A stretch of 32,000 nucleotides of DNA, taken from the NCBI RefSeq assembly GCF_001564455.1, contig NZ_CP011391.1:960001-992000 (forward strand), written 5' to 3'. This document shows, piece by piece, positions 30,789 to 32,000 of this stretch (position 1 is the stretch's first letter; every line of letters starts with the position of its first letter). The translations under genes were made by a program, and so were the position numbers. A model generated the notes under the pieces. That model worked only from the letters and a program-made list of their open reading frames with translations. It did not search any database and was not told the DNA's origin. The DNA is from Faecalibaculum rodentium (lineage in GTDB: Bacteria; Bacillota_I; Bacilli_A; Erysipelotrichales; Erysipelotrichaceae).

Positions 30789-30846
30789 AAATATGGAGTC
30801 TGCAGTCATTCCTGAGATATGTTCATTCAGAAGGAATGATCACCCG

Positions 30847-31905
30847 TCACTGGACTGCAGTTTTCTTTTCGTACAGAGGAAGCACCAGTTTGTACATGAG
30901 CGGTTTGACAGGAATGTCGAACTCTCCGATGTATTCCCGTACATCTGCCCCCAGACTGTGTTTGTGGTTTGAAAGGCCGTCCTCCAGGGACCCCTCCACA
31001 CCGCTCATATCACAATAGCGGATACCGTGCTCCTGTGCATAGCGGTACGTGGCATCGTACAGAAACGCGCTGGCACCGGTTTTGCTGTAGGCATTGTTGT
31101 TGCCCATATACAGCATTTCCAGCTTGCCGTTGTAGCCGATGCTCAGGATCCCGCTGATGTAGGTGCCGTCCGCTGTACGGCACAGGCTGATGATGGCGCC
31201 GTCGAACTGATCCACGATCCGCTGGAAATAGTCATGATCCCGGAGTTTCACGCCTTTGCGGTCTTCAGTGCAGTGCATCAGACTGCTGAACACGTCCAGC
31301 AGGTCCGGATTCCTGCGGATATCACTGGCCGCGTAAATTTCGGCTTCCAGGTTTTCCTTTGCGGCTTTTTTAATGGCCCGCCTTGTATTGCGGGCATACC
31401 GGGCAGTGAAGTCATCCGTGACATCCACACCCATGTTGGTCCGCGGCTGCACGGTCTCGGCAATGCTCATGGTATAGCCTTTGTGGATGGCACCTCCCTC
31501 ATTGACAAAGCGGTCCACGGCCTGCTGATTGTGTCCTTCAGGTCTGCCGTCCTTCAGCATGAACCGGTTGTCCAGAATATAGGGATCGAATTTGATGAAG
31601 ATGCACTTGTCCTGACGGCTTGCGTTTTTGATATGATTGAGCAGTTCGATCATCAGGTCCTGATCCTGGCCGTCGGCAATGGGGCCCCGGGGGATATAGT
31701 ACATGGAATACCCAAGGGGGAGAGGTTTGACCAGGACCATGGCAGCGGCGACGATGGAATGATGACTGTCCTCCAGCGCAAACAGACGACGCTGCCAGTT
31801 GGACTTGACAGCTGCCCAGTGCATGGACTGAAGCGCCACGCCATGTTCACTCATATAAGCTTCAAATGCATGTTCATCAGGTGTTGATATGAATTGGTAT
31901 GCCAT
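30847..31905 (-). CDS. FemAB-family aminoacyl-tRNA-dependent peptidoglycan branch transferase (FemX/MurM-like, no coiled-coil insert)
   Basis: 352 aa. …SMHWAAVKSNWQRRLFAL…YYIPRGP…IFIKFDP… and the C-terminal …GVEGSLEDGLSNHKHSLGA… are typical of FemX-type enzymes. GGAAGG/AGGAAT RBS. Confidence 0.85.
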   Translation of the reverse strand: MAYQFISTPDEHAFEAYMSEHGVALQSMHWAAVKSNWQRRLFALEDSHHSIVAAAMVLVKPLPLGYSMYYIPRGPIADGQDQDLMIELLNHIKNASRQDKCIFIKFDPYILDNRFMLKDGRPEGHNQQAVDRFVNEGGAIHKGYTMSIAETVQPRTNMGVDVTDDFTARYARNTRRAIKKAAKENLEAEIYAASDIRRNPDLLDVFSSLMHCTEDRKGVKLRDHDYFQRIVDQFDGAIISLCRTADGTYISGILSIGYNGKLEMLYMGNNNAYSKTGASAFLYDATYRYAQEHGIRYCDMSGVEGSLEDGLSNHKHSLGADVREYIGEFDIPVKPLMYKLVLPLYEKKTAVQ

Positions 31906-32000
31906 TATATTCCTGCCTTCCCATTACTTCATTATATCCGGCTGTCAACCAGTCAATCCCGGTCATGACTGTCCCGGGGACAGGAACAGGCATTCAGGCA

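Noticed and set aside
30600-30815. A 71-aa ORF in the pnp-femX intergenic region.
   Set aside because: It has no SD, it runs through the intergenic hairpin, and its Cys/Ser/Gln-rich composition is unlike the window's real proteins. The region is probably non-coding 3' UTR.

Overview
This 32-kb window is chromosomal DNA from a fairly GC-rich Gram-positive (Bacillota) genome. The 16S rRNA carries motifs I associate with Erysipelotrichia (GGAATTTTCGTCAATGGGCGCAAGCC, ATGATTGGGCGTAAAGGGTGCG), but this is recollection and no search was possible.

Most of the content is housekeeping, in this order:
- A partial EamA transporter, yneF-like, a monofunctional GT51 transglycosylase and two unknown genes.
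- A secreted NlpC/P60 hydrolase with proline-rich tandem repeats.
- An MFS transporter plus a small acidic protein, a PfoR/COG3641 membrane protein with a split N-terminus, a two-domain rubredoxin, DUF1292 and an unknown helical protein.
- A 16S-23S rRNA operon with tandem promoters and boxA-like elements. It has no 5S gene and no tRNA.
- A 291-bp IS66-like miniature element and a SemiSWEET-like gene.
- comEA-comEC-holA, rpsT, fmt, lepA and hemW.
- A roughly 2.5-kb AT-richer, gene-poor island holding a decayed IS1595-family element and an orphan small protein.
- rpsO, an oppositely oriented YdhF-like aldo/keto reductase, pnp with an Arg/Glu/Asp-rich tail, and a FemX-like transferase.

I found no CRISPR array, no recognisable defence or toxin module, and no convincing multi-gene novel system.

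The best leads are:
- the hemW-rpsO island, which looks like a synteny breakpoint;
- the 5S-less rrn operon abutted by the IS66-like miniature element;
- the split PfoR N-terminus;
- the uncharacterised two-gene cassette at 1880-3228;
- possible unusual expression signals at comEA and holA.

The long antisense ORFs and the ORFs inside the rRNA genes are treated as artefacts.
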